Origin: an uncultured Gammaproteobacteria bacterium
Lineage (GTDB): Bacteria; Patescibacteriota; Patescibacteriia; UBA11705; JABHMO01
Assembly (NCBI GenBank): GCA_964590105.1
Contig: CAZPYM010000002.1
Span: forward strand, 26,697-90,696
DNA: 64,000 nt
Direction of reading: 5' to 3'
The position numbers and the translations under genes are program-made. The notes beneath the pieces were generated by a model, which had not been told where the DNA came from, searched no databases, and saw only the letters and a list, made by a program, of their open reading frames with translations. Of the stretch, positions 28,197 to 38,612 are shown one piece after another. The stretch's first letter is position 1. Each line of letters begins with the position of its first letter.

Positions 28197-31049
28197 TTAT
28201 TCCACAATCACATTGATCGCCTCGGCGCGATGATGTTCGCCCGCCGGATCAATAATTTCAATATACAATTCATAACCGCCCTTTTCATACGCCGCATTCC
28301 AAGATAAATTTATTTCGTTTGAATCGGGAAAAATCACTGTGGCCACGCTATTGATCTGGCCGGTTTCTGTTTTTCGGTACAAAACATTTACTTTTTCGCT
28401 GGCCAATAAATCAGTTAAATGAATCTTCAAGGGAGTCGGGAAGTTTTGCTGCTGAAGAACCGTTCCATTAGCCGGGAAAGTCCAGCTGGCTTGCGGCGCG
28501 GAAGCATCAGATATAATATTCAGTTCAATCTGAGCTTCGTTTATGTTGCCAACATCATCATGCGCCACGGCCCGTAACTTGTGAAACCCCTTAACAAAAT
28601 AACTGCTAATCGGGTAATGCAAATTGTATGGCGACAACGAATTTGTTTGTAATAATTTATTATCCAAATAATAGTCCACGCGGGTGATTCCTCTGGCGGC
28701 AGACGCATTGACGCTGGCATCGAGGAATGATTCAGAAATAGTAGCGTTATTATTTGGACTGGTAATAAATATTGTCGGCTTATTGGCTTCCGTATGCAGA
28801 TCATCAAATTCGCTTGGCGGCTGGTTCGTCGTAAACTCTTTGCCGGCCTCTTCAGTCGCTGATTTCAACCATGACTGCACTGCCTCTTCCCAAAATTGGT
28901 ACTGATAATCAGCTTTTACCGGATCATCAGGCGCGCCGCCGCGCGGATCATCTTTGTAAACATACTGTAAAATGCAATGCGCGTCCATGAACTCTTTTTC
29001 TTCAATTGCTTCCGGCGGAGTCAGATCGGTTGCCAACTTGCCGCTATATTTATCAATTTTAATAATTTTTACCGGTGAAATTTCACCATCCAAAACAGGC
29101 TTACCGGTTTTTTCAATTTCAACTGCCGGGAAATTTTCCACTGCTGTTCCTTCCAGCGCTTTTTTCATATACTCATTCCAGATAGGCACCGCCACTACGC
29201 CGCCGGCTGCGCCTTTTTTCATTGCCGAATTATCATTGTTGCCAACCCAGACGCCTGTGGCAAGAGATGGAGTATATCCCATTGTCCAGGCATCACGGTA
29301 ATCATTGGTTGTGCCTGTTTTGGCGGCTACCGGCCGGCCGGGCAAGGTCAAATTACTGCCGGCACCAAAAACATAGGCGCGCGCGCTGTCGTCAGACAAA
29401 ATATTAGTAGTCAAATTGGCAATCTTCGCGTCAATGGCTTTTCTTTTTCTTTCTTCGAATTTAATAAGGACATTGCCCTTGCTGTCTTCAACTCGCAAAA
29501 TGGCTACCGGCGGATGATACACACCTTCATTAGCCAGAGTGGCAAAAGCGGCTGTGTGTTCCAGCAACCTGACTTCGCCTCCGCCAAGGACAAGGGATAA
29601 ACCAAAACGACTACGGTCTTCAAATGACGTATAACCGAATAATTCCAGGAGATCAATTACTTTTTGCACGCCCACCAAATAAATAGTTTTGACCGCCGGA
29701 ATATTCAGCGATCCGGCCAAGGCTTTCCTCATCGTCACCGGCCCATGTTCAACTAAATCATAATTTAGCGGATGATAATCTTTTATTTCTGTTTTGAAAG
29801 TTGTTTCCACATCATAGAGAACGGTATCGGGCGTATAGCCTTTTTGAAAAACGGCTGTATAAACCAAAGGCTTAATTGATGATCCAGGCTGGCGCAGACT
29901 CAAAGCCACATTAACATTTCCGTCATGCTCAATATCAAAATAATCCTTTGAACCAACCATGGCCAAAATCTGTCCAGTTCGTGGATCTAATGACACCAAA
30001 GAGGCATTATAAAAATTATATTGCGCGCCTTTATTTTCAACGCCATTTGTAACTGCCTGTTCGGCAATTTCTTGCTTTCCCAGATCCAGCGTAGTCACCA
30101 CTTTGAGGCCGCCGCTCTCAACCAGTTCGTCGCCGAGTTTTTCACTGAGAAGCTCTTTGACATACATTACAAAATGCGGCGCAGTGATTGATTGTTTTTT
30201 TAGAGCAAATTCAATTTTCTCCGCGGCCGCCGCTTTGGACTGCTCCTCGGTAATGTAACCATTGTCAACCATTTGGCCCAAAACATACTGTTGGCGCCCA
30301 AGTAATTCATCCTTATGGCTTCCAAACGGCGAATAATAGGTCGGCGCTTTTGGCAGGGCGGCAAGAACTGCCGCTTGCCCCAAGGTTAAATCTTCAACGT
30401 CCTGATTAAAATAAGTCTGGCTAGCGGACTGAACGCCGTACGAAACAGACCCGTACGGGATTTCGTTCAAATACATCTGCAAAATATCATCCTTAGAAAA
30501 AGCTTTTTCAATTTTATAAGACAGAATAAATTCTTTTATTTTCCTGGAAATTTTCCTTTCATTAGTTAAAATAGCGTTCTTAACAAATTGCTGAGTCAAA
30601 GTTGAACCACCGCGAGCTCTCTTGCCCATCAGGGGATCAACAATCGCCCCCTTGATCATCGCCAATATATTAAATCCGCTGTGTTCGTAAAAATGTTTGT
30701 CTTCCGCTGAAATAGTCGCCCATTTCACATAATCAGGAATATCCGATAGCTTGACCAAAGTTCTTTTTTGCTCGCCATGCACATCATAGAGAACTGTTTT
30801 TTCATCCCGATCATAAATCTTGGTGCTTTGCGCCAAATTTCTCTCTAAAATTTTATTCGGATCAGGCAATGACCGCGAATACCAGGCAAAGGCGCCAATC
30901 AGGTAAATTACAAACAAGAAAAAGCAAACCACTCCAAGCTTAAAAAGTTGGAAGAACCATCGTTTAAATTTTTTCTTCATCTGCCGACCAAATCTTTTTC
31001 TCTGATATTCTGGCCGATGACGGATGACTCGAAGTTGGGGGATAGGCAT
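28197..31049 (-). CDS. class A penicillin-binding protein (PBP1A family) with C-terminal Ig-like domains
   Basis: EDKHFYEH, GGSTLTQQ, RKIKE, YLNEI; QPGSSIK (SxxK), SLN, KTGT; Ig-like tail. Confidence 0.95.
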   Translation of the reverse strand: MPIPQLRVIRHRPEYQRKRFGRQMKKKFKRWFFQLFKLGVVCFFLFVIYLIGAFAWYSRSLPDPNKILERNLAQSTKIYDRDEKTVLYDVHGEQKRTLVKLSDIPDYVKWATISAEDKHFYEHSGFNILAMIKGAIVDPLMGKRARGGSTLTQQFVKNAILTNERKISRKIKEFILSYKIEKAFSKDDILQMYLNEIPYGSVSYGVQSASQTYFNQDVEDLTLGQAAVLAALPKAPTYYSPFGSHKDELLGRQQYVLGQMVDNGYITEEQSKAAAAEKIEFALKKQSITAPHFVMYVKELLSEKLGDELVESGGLKVVTTLDLGKQEIAEQAVTNGVENKGAQYNFYNASLVSLDPRTGQILAMVGSKDYFDIEHDGNVNVALSLRQPGSSIKPLVYTAVFQKGYTPDTVLYDVETTFKTEIKDYHPLNYDLVEHGPVTMRKALAGSLNIPAVKTIYLVGVQKVIDLLELFGYTSFEDRSRFGLSLVLGGGEVRLLEHTAAFATLANEGVYHPPVAILRVEDSKGNVLIKFEERKRKAIDAKIANLTTNILSDDSARAYVFGAGSNLTLPGRPVAAKTGTTNDYRDAWTMGYTPSLATGVWVGNNDNSAMKKGAAGGVVAVPIWNEYMKKALEGTAVENFPAVEIEKTGKPVLDGEISPVKIIKIDKYSGKLATDLTPPEAIEEKEFMDAHCILQYVYKDDPRGGAPDDPVKADYQYQFWEEAVQSWLKSATEEAGKEFTTNQPPSEFDDLHTEANKPTIFITSPNNNATISESFLDASVNASAARGITRVDYYLDNKLLQTNSLSPYNLHYPISSYFVKGFHKLRAVAHDDVGNINEAQIELNIISDASAPQASWTFPANGTVLQQQNFPTPLKIHLTDLLASEKVNVLYRKTETGQINSVATVIFPDSNEINLSWNAAYEKGGYELYIEIIDPAGEHHRAEAINVIVE

Positions 31050-31221
31050 GAGGATGGAGAACGTTAATTGATAGTTAATAACAGGAAATTACCAACCAAA
31101 TTCATATCCAAAAAACACAGTAAAAGATATTAACACAATATCACACCTACGGCCATGATTCAATATGCAAAACCAGCTCCAAAAATTGAACCCTCCGCCT
31201 TATCCGCGCGTTAAATCCGCG

Positions 31222-32151
31222 TTAAAACAGCATATCCAAAAATTTCTCAATCGGCTCGCGCTTTTTTCCATGAGTCGGGAAATGATGAAGCTGGACGCCC
31301 GGATCGCTATTTAATTCTATTATATATCTTTTTTTGTTAATGTCTTCAGCCAAATAATCAATACCAATCACATCTGTTTTTAAAAGCTTGGCAATGGTGA
31401 TTGCTTGTTTTTTTACTTCCGAAGATAATTCGTCCGTGCAGTCTCTTGACTCGCCGCCGGTATGAATATTGGCCGTCCCCCGCAATATAATTTTTTGATT
31501 TTCTTTCGGAACGTAATATAAACTTAATTTTTGCCCGGACAAAAACGCTTTCATGGGCTGATCAATGATAATCGGCTTTTTCCTCTGCTCCGGCGTTTCC
31601 TGCAAATTTTTTATGCTAATCAATTTTTTTATCGAATCCCTTCCATTACCGATTACATAAGCCGGAAATCTCTGAACCGCAAAAACGTTCTTATAATTTA
31701 TTACCAAAACCCTATGATCAACCCCCGGATAATATTTCTCAATGACCTTGCTGTGTTTTGTAAATTGATTTGCATAACGCCAGGCCTGCTTTAATTGCCG
31801 TACTGTTTCAATGCCCACCGAGATTCCTTTGCCTTGTTTCAATTTCATTGGCTTCACAACAACCTTTTTGTGTTTTTCAAGAAACTTTTTCGCTTCGCCG
31901 AATTCTTTTGTTTTGATCTGCGGCAGAACTGGAAATTTATTAATTTTCAAAAACTCTCTGGCCACAACCTTTGAACGAGCCAGCTCATATCCGCTGGCCG
32001 AAGAATTGTCACTGACAATTCCGCCGTATACTAAGTGTATTTGTTTCCCTTTGGATAAAACGCAAAAAGAATCATCAGATTCTAAAGTTTGACATTTAAT
32101 GCCTCTTTGTTTCGCGCGCCGGCATAAAAAAATTGTATGTTCGTTTTTCAT
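31222..32151 (-). CDS. ATP-grasp ligase (cyanophycin synthetase / GshF-type domain)
   Basis: VVVKP...QGKGI, DHRVLV, PAYVIGNG, ANIHTGG, GIDY, IIELNSDPG...HHFP. Confidence 0.85.
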   Translation of the reverse strand: MKNEHTIFLCRRAKQRGIKCQTLESDDSFCVLSKGKQIHLVYGGIVSDNSSASGYELARSKVVAREFLKINKFPVLPQIKTKEFGEAKKFLEKHKKVVVKPMKLKQGKGISVGIETVRQLKQAWRYANQFTKHSKVIEKYYPGVDHRVLVINYKNVFAVQRFPAYVIGNGRDSIKKLISIKNLQETPEQRKKPIIIDQPMKAFLSGQKLSLYYVPKENQKIILRGTANIHTGGESRDCTDELSSEVKKQAITIAKLLKTDVIGIDYLAEDINKKRYIIELNSDPGVQLHHFPTHGKKREPIEKFLDMLF

Positions 32152-32418
32152 GGGTTGTGACTTTCTGGCAATTGACTAGAAATCTACAATTTGTACTATT
32201 TCTCTTACAATACCATGCCCGCAGCAATGATTCAATATCCCCAGCAATGCTTGGAACCTTTGATTAAACCGTCTAGCACAAATAAAATCGGACGCTAACA
32301 ATTATGTTGGCATCCGATGAGTGTTAAAAACAAAGGACAAAAAAGCTAGAAGATCTAGGCATCCAAGCGCCCTGAACCACTCACTCCTTCGTCGCTCGGG
32401 TTCAGGGCAAGCAAAGCG

Positions 32419-33037
32419 CTACACACTTGCGAGGACTGCCGACGGACGATCGTCACCACAGTTACGGCCAAGCCAGTAGTAGTACCAGTCCCACCGCGAG
32501 CCACGCAAGCACAGGAATAGCACAAAGCGAAGACCACGAGGCGACCACAGGACAGTTCCTTCAAAACAAACATACTTTCCTTTCCAATGCTCGGGAATCA
32601 GATACGGATTATCCCACAGCGCTTTGAATACAGCCGCGTCCAGCCGAACATGACCAACCGCCTTGAGCCGCTTCAGCTTTTTCTCTCCCTGAATCGACCC
32701 GCCATCTTCCGGCCGGAGCATGTTCTCCAAGCGAATTTCGCTCAAGTCAATTTCTACGAGCGCGAGCGAACGCCCGTCCTGCTCGTCAATCTTCCAGCCT
32801 TTTTCACCGATGAAAACCGATGGATCAAACGGCTGGCTGCGGTCAATCACGAGCTTTGAACTCTGAAGTATCATCACCCGACCCCGCAATTCTTCAAGAA
32901 TCGCCTAAACTCGGCGCCGACTTGAACAGGCTTCTCAATCATCTCTTGCCGTCCAGCTCATCCCAATTAACCTTGCTGGCCAGAATGGCCATCAGATTAT
33001 GCTTATGGTACTGACCGACACTAACCGGCCTACTCAT
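32419..33037 (-). pseudogene. frameshifted gene with DGR-target-like C-terminus
   Basis: Perfect promoter (33170..33142) and GGAGGT SD lead to MSRPVSVG...ELDGKR*. Other frames continue MIEKPVQVGAEFRRFLKN, then GRVMILQ...WDWYYYWLGRNCGDDRPSAVLASV, implying two frameshifts near 32942 and 32885. Confidence 0.6.
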
Positions 33038-33277
33038 GACGCACCTCCGCGTTTACGCTGATCATGTTCCTCCCGCACTGCGCGGGACTCCATGACTAAC
33101 GCGATAGAAAAGATCAAGTTTCTTATTTACTTTAAGGTGTTATTATAATGCGCTATTTAAAAAATGTCAATGGCGGCTTGGCGTTTCGTTGCTAATATTA
33201 CCGTTTTTCATCGGTTACGAATTACGAATTGGCTACTAATATTCGTAGGAATGCGTAGATTCATAGCAGATTGGTAA

Positions 33278-34294
33278 TTAGTAGCCTTTTGTTTCAGGAA
33301 AAAGCTGGTCAATGATCGCGCCGGCCGCGTTTCTCGGTTCGCCGACATACGGAATGTGGTGCATCGAAATCATGGGAGAATCATTAACCTCAATAATAAT
33401 ATAATTTCGACTGGTTGGCTCGGCAGTAATATCTTTGGTTAAATAATCAATGCCCGCGAAAGCCAAACCGGGAATTGCCTGAATTATTTTAACTGCCAAT
33501 TTTTTTATCTTTGGATTAACAATATCAGTCGCGTCATAACTGTCGCCGCCAGTGGAGATATTTGAATTCACGCGTAAATAAACCAAATGGTCTTTTTCCA
33601 GAACGGTGGAAAGTTTTAATTTTTGTTTTTCCAAAAGCTCCCTAACTATATTATCAACTTTAATTTTTACCAGGCTTTTTTCATGTCCCCGGCCACGCCG
33701 CGGATCTTTGTTTTTCAGCTCAATCAATTGCTTGATCGAACGAATACCGTCGCCAACCACATTTGCCGGCACGCGATGAATGGCTGCCACATATCTTTCC
33801 CGGGTGGCGAAAATGCGATATTCCTCGCCGATAAATTCCTTTTCCACAATAACTGTTTTAAATAAGCCGGTTTTGAATTCTTTCAAAGCCCTTCGAACTT
33901 TGGCCTCTGAATCAAGTCCGACAAATACTTTTTTTCCCTGAATGCCACTCAGTGGCTTGATCACAACCGGATATTTTATTTTTCTGCAAAAATCTAAAAT
34001 TTCTTTTATTTTTCGATAATCAAAAACCCGGCTTCTGGCCACTTGAATTCCGGCCCGGCGGAAAAAATATTTTGCCAGTTCTTTGTTCCTCTGAATCCAA
34101 AAAGCAATGCAATCTGTTTCTGACGTTCTTTGCCCGACGATTACCTCCCTCCGTCCCTTGTATTGCAATTCTAAAAAACTTTTCTGGGACAAGATCCCGG
34201 ACTTAAATATCCGAACGACTTTTATACCTCTCTTTTCCGCTTCCGCTCCAATTAAGTAAGTACTAAAATAATTAAAATCTTTTTTGTTTAACAT
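33278..34294 (-). CDS. ATP-grasp ligase (cyanophycin synthetase / GshF-type domain)
   Basis: YPVVIKP, EYRIF, RVPANVVGDG, NSNISTGGDS, FAGIDY, IIEVNDSP...HH. Confidence 0.9.
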   Translation of the reverse strand: MLNKKDFNYFSTYLIGAEAEKRGIKVVRIFKSGILSQKSFLELQYKGRREVIVGQRTSETDCIAFWIQRNKELAKYFFRRAGIQVARSRVFDYRKIKEILDFCRKIKYPVVIKPLSGIQGKKVFVGLDSEAKVRRALKEFKTGLFKTVIVEKEFIGEEYRIFATRERYVAAIHRVPANVVGDGIRSIKQLIELKNKDPRRGRGHEKSLVKIKVDNIVRELLEKQKLKLSTVLEKDHLVYLRVNSNISTGGDSYDATDIVNPKIKKLAVKIIQAIPGLAFAGIDYLTKDITAEPTSRNYIIIEVNDSPMISMHHIPYVGEPRNAAGAIIDQLFPETKGY

Positions 34295-34355
34295 AGGAAT
34301 ATAGTAACAAACTGTTAAATTGCTAAATTGTTAAACTGTTTAAACAAAACGGGGT

Positions 34356-35213
34356 TTAGCAATTCTCCAGATATTTAACAATCTCTTCCGCAACATTGAT
34401 GCCGACAACCCGCGTGAATCGCTTAAACTTTGGTGAGCGATTGACTTCAAGCAACTTTTGCTGGTCGCCATCCCGAATAATGTCAACGCCAGCAATGTCA
34501 GTATTGGTGGCCTTGGCCGCTTTTAAAGCCAGTGCTTTCAATTCTTCGGTTAGAATAGCGGGCGTTGAACGCTTTTCCAAAGGAACCTTTTTTCTTTCCG
34601 AATTATAGTAGCTCATTCTTTGCATTACTCCCAGTATTTTATCGCCAACAACTAAAACGCGGAAGTAAAAATCAGCATTTACCTTTTTCTGAATTAAAAA
34701 TCGCTCAACCCTATTCTTTCTCTTGATAAAAAACTGTTCCAACCCTTTTTTTGTTTTAAATGAATAAATATTTCGGCTGTGCATGCCGTTTATGTCCTTA
34801 ATCAGAACCGGCCGCGGAATCTTTGTTAAATATCGGCTAAACTCTTCAAAAGTTGAAAAGTGAAAGGTGTCAACACAGGGAAGGTTTTCCTGAAAAAATT
34901 CAAACGACATGAACATTTTGTCAAATTCATAAGCCTTGTTGTACAGTTCGCGGTCAATCACTTCCGTGCCGGAGAACTTGAAGTAGCGAGCCAATGTTTT
35001 TGCCTTGGCAAAATACGGAGCAATGCCACGGAACAAGCAAACATCAAAATTTTCCAATTTTTCACCGCGCCAAAAGGCCTGCATTTTGTTATCCTTAACA
35101 ATCAATGAAATTTTATGCAAGGAAGTGCGCAGAACTTCATGGCCGCGCCTTTTCGCCTCGATCATTATTTGGTTATTTTCAATAGAGCGCGGTCCGATTA
35201 TCAATAGCTTCAT
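34356..35213 (-). CDS. RimK-family alpha-L-glutamate ligase
   Basis: DK, PVLIK, FLIQK, RVLVVG, AGVDII, LLEVNRSP. Confidence 0.8.
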   Translation of the reverse strand: MKLLIIGPRSIENNQIMIEAKRRGHEVLRTSLHKISLIVKDNKMQAFWRGEKLENFDVCLFRGIAPYFAKAKTLARYFKFSGTEVIDRELYNKAYEFDKMFMSFEFFQENLPCVDTFHFSTFEEFSRYLTKIPRPVLIKDINGMHSRNIYSFKTKKGLEQFFIKRKNRVERFLIQKKVNADFYFRVLVVGDKILGVMQRMSYYNSERKKVPLEKRSTPAILTEELKALALKAAKATNTDIAGVDIIRDGDQQKLLEVNRSPKFKRFTRVVGINVAEEIVKYLENC

Positions 35214-35449
35214 AAATGGGTTCGGGAAATTAAGTAAATTAGTGAATTGGCGAATTAGCGAATTAAGAGATTAAGAGAATTAAGGGATTAAGAGAATATA
35301 GAATCTCTCGCTTTACTATACTTTATTTAAATTTGATCTATAATTCGCGTCATTCGTGTGTTCCTTAGTCATTCGTGTTAATAACTAATTCACTTTCCTG
35401 TGTCAACCCGAACGAGGAGGAACGACGAGTCGAGGGTCGTGTTACCCCT

Positions 35450-36847
35450 TTACTTGGTAGGATCGATTAAAAATTTTTTCAAGTCCCGCCGGCCGACTAA
35501 AACCGGATATTTTAAATTTTCGCGCATAATCACCGAAGCATTGCTATTTATTTCCACTCCTTCAAGTTCGATCTTCAAAGGAATCTCCATTCGATAAGAA
35601 ACTCCATGACTGCTGAATGTTTTCGCAATAGCCACAATGTCAGGATGTTTTTCCAGTTCAAGCCAAACCTTTTTCCGGCTTAGCTCTGCCACTTCTTCCG
35701 CTGTCATGACGCGTTTGATATTAAATTTTTCATAATATTCAATGGCCTCACCAAAACCCAATTGTCTGGCCAGGTTTTCATCAATCGCCGTAATGCCGGC
35801 CCCAGTGTCCAACTTGGCTTCAATCGCCACCCATTGACCGTCTTTATCTTTAATTTTTATCGGGTTAATAATGCCCAGCACTCGCTTGCCGGTCATTTCC
35901 TCAACCTCGCTTTCAATTTCACCGCCAAAAAGTTCCTTGGCTACCGCAATTCCCTTTTTCACTGTTTTTATTTTCAATCCTTTTACCCGCAAAAGCCGAT
36001 CCTTGATCGGAGCTAAATTAGCAATCTGAATTGACAGTCCGGGATGCGCATTTAATTCCAAAATTACCGGCCCTTTTTCTCTGTCCATAGCAATGTCTAC
36101 GCCAACATAATTTAGACCACAGGCAACAGCAGCTTTGACAGCCAGTGTTAATATATTTTCCCAGTTTGGAATTTTGATCCCGCGCAAAGGCAATTTCATA
36201 TCAGGCAAATTCTCAATCAAACGATCATGATGAATCGCATAAGTGGTCACTCCGGTAGAAATATCAAGCCCAACGCAAATTCCGCCCTGATGCAAATTGG
36301 CTTTTCCTCTTGATTCCTTGGTAGGCAATCGAAGCATAGCCATCACAGGAACCTTATTGTAAACAATAACTCGAATATCCGGAATTCCTTTGTAACTATA
36401 TAGTTTAAATACGGGGTGAATTTTCAGTCTTTCTTCGAAAAAAGCCGCATCCGGCGCATTTGTTTTGGAATAATCACCGTCCAGAATATTGGAAACTCGA
36501 AGCATGATATCTTGCACACTCGCTTCGCGGTCAAGCGGTAATACCCACTTGCCATTTTTTTTCCGACCAAAAGTAACCATAATGCCCTCGCCGCCAAGTC
36601 CTTGATTTGGCTTTAAAACAAAACTTTTCGGCAGGGAGGCCCAGTCGAAATTATAAAATTCCTTGCGATTACGAATAGCCGCAATGATTCTTGACACCGG
36701 TAATTCATGCTTCACCAGAAGTCTTTTGGTGCGTAATTTTTCGTCAACCAATTTGATCTTCTTCTTGGAAGCGCCGGGCCGGACAAAAGTCAAATTCCTG
36801 GCATTCATGCCGAGAACCTGCTTACTTTTTTTCAGCCAACTCAACAT
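35450..36847 (-). CDS. alpha-L-glutamate ligase-like ATP-grasp fused to RimB-like protease domain
   Basis: LGMNARN, FVLKP...GGEGI, PDIRVIV, AMLRLPT...GKANLHQGG, ELNAHPGLSIQIAN; C-terminal AKLDTGA...YPVLVGR. Confidence 0.9.
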   Translation of the reverse strand: MLSWLKKSKQVLGMNARNLTFVRPGASKKKIKLVDEKLRTKRLLVKHELPVSRIIAAIRNRKEFYNFDWASLPKSFVLKPNQGLGGEGIMVTFGRKKNGKWVLPLDREASVQDIMLRVSNILDGDYSKTNAPDAAFFEERLKIHPVFKLYSYKGIPDIRVIVYNKVPVMAMLRLPTKESRGKANLHQGGICVGLDISTGVTTYAIHHDRLIENLPDMKLPLRGIKIPNWENILTLAVKAAVACGLNYVGVDIAMDREKGPVILELNAHPGLSIQIANLAPIKDRLLRVKGLKIKTVKKGIAVAKELFGGEIESEVEEMTGKRVLGIINPIKIKDKDGQWVAIEAKLDTGAGITAIDENLARQLGFGEAIEYYEKFNIKRVMTAEEVAELSRKKVWLELEKHPDIVAIAKTFSSHGVSYRMEIPLKIELEGVEINSNASVIMRENLKYPVLVGRRDLKKFLIDPTK

Positions 36848-38462
36848 TTTTTATAACCTTTCGAAAACGATAATATTCAGTTAAACGCAAACCGGTCCAC
36901 TTACCAATCAATAAATTAATAATAACAGTTAATAGTATATATTCCGGATAACCCAGGATCAGCGTGCGCAATGTTTGCCAGCTCGCCACCCAATAACAGA
37001 GCACTGACAAGAAAAGAGTTTCCAAAATCAACATGACCGCGCTCTTGTTTCCTCTTTCAATTTGCACGGAAATAAATTTTTCAGTCAAAAGCACGATAAC
37101 CAAAATCGGAAAAATCGACATTTCCAGCAAACCGTTTTTCCCAAATCTGGCGCCGAGCAAAAAAATCACAAAAATCGAAAAACTTACCAAGCTAAGAACA
37201 ATGGCCATCCTCGGTAAATATGACAATTGAATTTTTCTAGCCAACAGACGCCCGAGTGTTCCGACTAGCAGAGTTATCAAGAACAACGCCAGTCCGTATT
37301 TCAATCCGGTAACCAAAAAAGTAACTGCCACGATCGATGGCGTGTAAATTCCAAGCGCCTTGACACCGATAATCTGCCGAGAAAAAGCCATGATGGTGGC
37401 GATAACCGGCAAAATTAAAATTAGATAAATAGTATTAATCGGCACGCCATTATCAACCATGTAGCCCACACAATAAGACAAAAAATTCCAAGGCTTCAAT
37501 GTACTGGCATCTCTTTGCGTATGCAGACCGACCAAACGATAATCCACTTGACTGGCGCGCAATTTGTTTAGCAAAGATTCAAAATCAGAACTGCTAAAAA
37601 CATCATTGGCCGCCGCCGGTTTAGTCAGGACAATGAATTGCGGATTTAGAAGATTATATAAGCTTTGCGCCAATTTGGCCGTGGCGGAAAAATTTTGTTC
37701 GGTAACTACTACAAAAAATTTATTTTGGAAACCAAAACTATTCAAATCACCGCCATTTTCGCTCGAACTCCTGGTTAAATTTTGCGCCGCTTCAAGAAAA
37801 GCATTCAAACCAAAATTTTTATCCGTCCAAATAATTACAGCGCCGGCTTGACGAATATTTTCCTTGCTTTTTAAAACCTGCTGAGCCAGTTCCTTCTCAA
37901 TAACATAGTCTACCTCTCCCTGTTGATTGATGTTAACGACCAATATCCCTTGAGAGCTAGCAATATTATTTACACCGCGAAATTTTTCATCGTCAACAGC
38001 TTTATCAGAAATCAACACGACCACGTCTTTGTCAACGCTTACCATCACTTCATCGCCGCTTTCGTATTTCAAACTATTGGAGTAGCCCACGATCCGCAGG
38101 CTGGCGCGATAGACTCCGGATGAATAATAAACATGAGCAACCTCCTTGCCGCTGGCCACATCGCCGTCGCCAAAATCCCAAAAATATTCCGGATTATCCA
38201 CGCCGGAGACAACAGAACCCAAGGCTGAAAAAACCACCTGGTTTTTGGCCACTATATTTTTGTCTTCTCCCGCAACAGCCTTGATAACCGGCAGCTGAAT
38301 AACCGGCTCTTCCTGAGCGAAAATAGCCCCTTTTGGTAAAAAAACAAAAAAGCATAAAAGCAAAAAAACAAAAAAACCAAAAAGCGCACTTTTTCTGAGC
38401 CTGAATTGCCCTCTATAAAAAAAACTTGATCCTAATTTTTCCCATATATTATTTCTAGTCAT
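36822..38462 (-). CDS. PKD domain + 7TM_transglut-type membrane protein
   Basis: YFWDFGDG...HVY...GVY (PKD); LILPVIAT...RQIIGVKALGIYTP, LPRMA, IFPILV, GKWTGLRLTEYYRF. Confidence 0.85.
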   Translation of the reverse strand: MTRNNIWEKLGSSFFYRGQFRLRKSALFGFFVFLLLCFFVFLPKGAIFAQEEPVIQLPVIKAVAGEDKNIVAKNQVVFSALGSVVSGVDNPEYFWDFGDGDVASGKEVAHVYYSSGVYRASLRIVGYSNSLKYESGDEVMVSVDKDVVVLISDKAVDDEKFRGVNNIASSQGILVVNINQQGEVDYVIEKELAQQVLKSKENIRQAGAVIIWTDKNFGLNAFLEAAQNLTRSSSENGGDLNSFGFQNKFFVVVTEQNFSATAKLAQSLYNLLNPQFIVLTKPAAANDVFSSSDFESLLNKLRASQVDYRLVGLHTQRDASTLKPWNFLSYCVGYMVDNGVPINTIYLILILPVIATIMAFSRQIIGVKALGIYTPSIVAVTFLVTGLKYGLALFLITLLVGTLGRLLARKIQLSYLPRMAIVLSLVSFSIFVIFLLGARFGKNGLLEMSIFPILVIVLLTEKFISVQIERGNKSAVMLILETLFLSVLCYWVASWQTLRTLILGYPEYILLTVIINLLIGKWTGLRLTEYYRFRKVIKNVELAEKK

Positions 38463-38612
38463 ATTTATACTCTTGCTGCTGGCAAATTATAATTTATTAT
38501 TTTTGAATTTTAATTTTTCCTTTCAGCAAGCAACGTCTCCTTGTTTTATTGTTTCGTTGCTCCGTTGTTTTGTTATTCCAATGTTTCGTTGCCTTTTTGT
38601 TTTCTTGTTTTC

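Noticed and set aside
27065-33037. Complete DGR (four-helix bundle as Avd plus target)
   Set aside because: No reverse transcriptase or template repeat seen; the bundle looks IVS-type and lies ~5 kb from the target-like gene
31222-34294. Cyanophycin synthetase (cphA) or gshF calls
   Set aside because: Only the ATP-grasp portion is present; the Mur-ligase and GshA domains are absent
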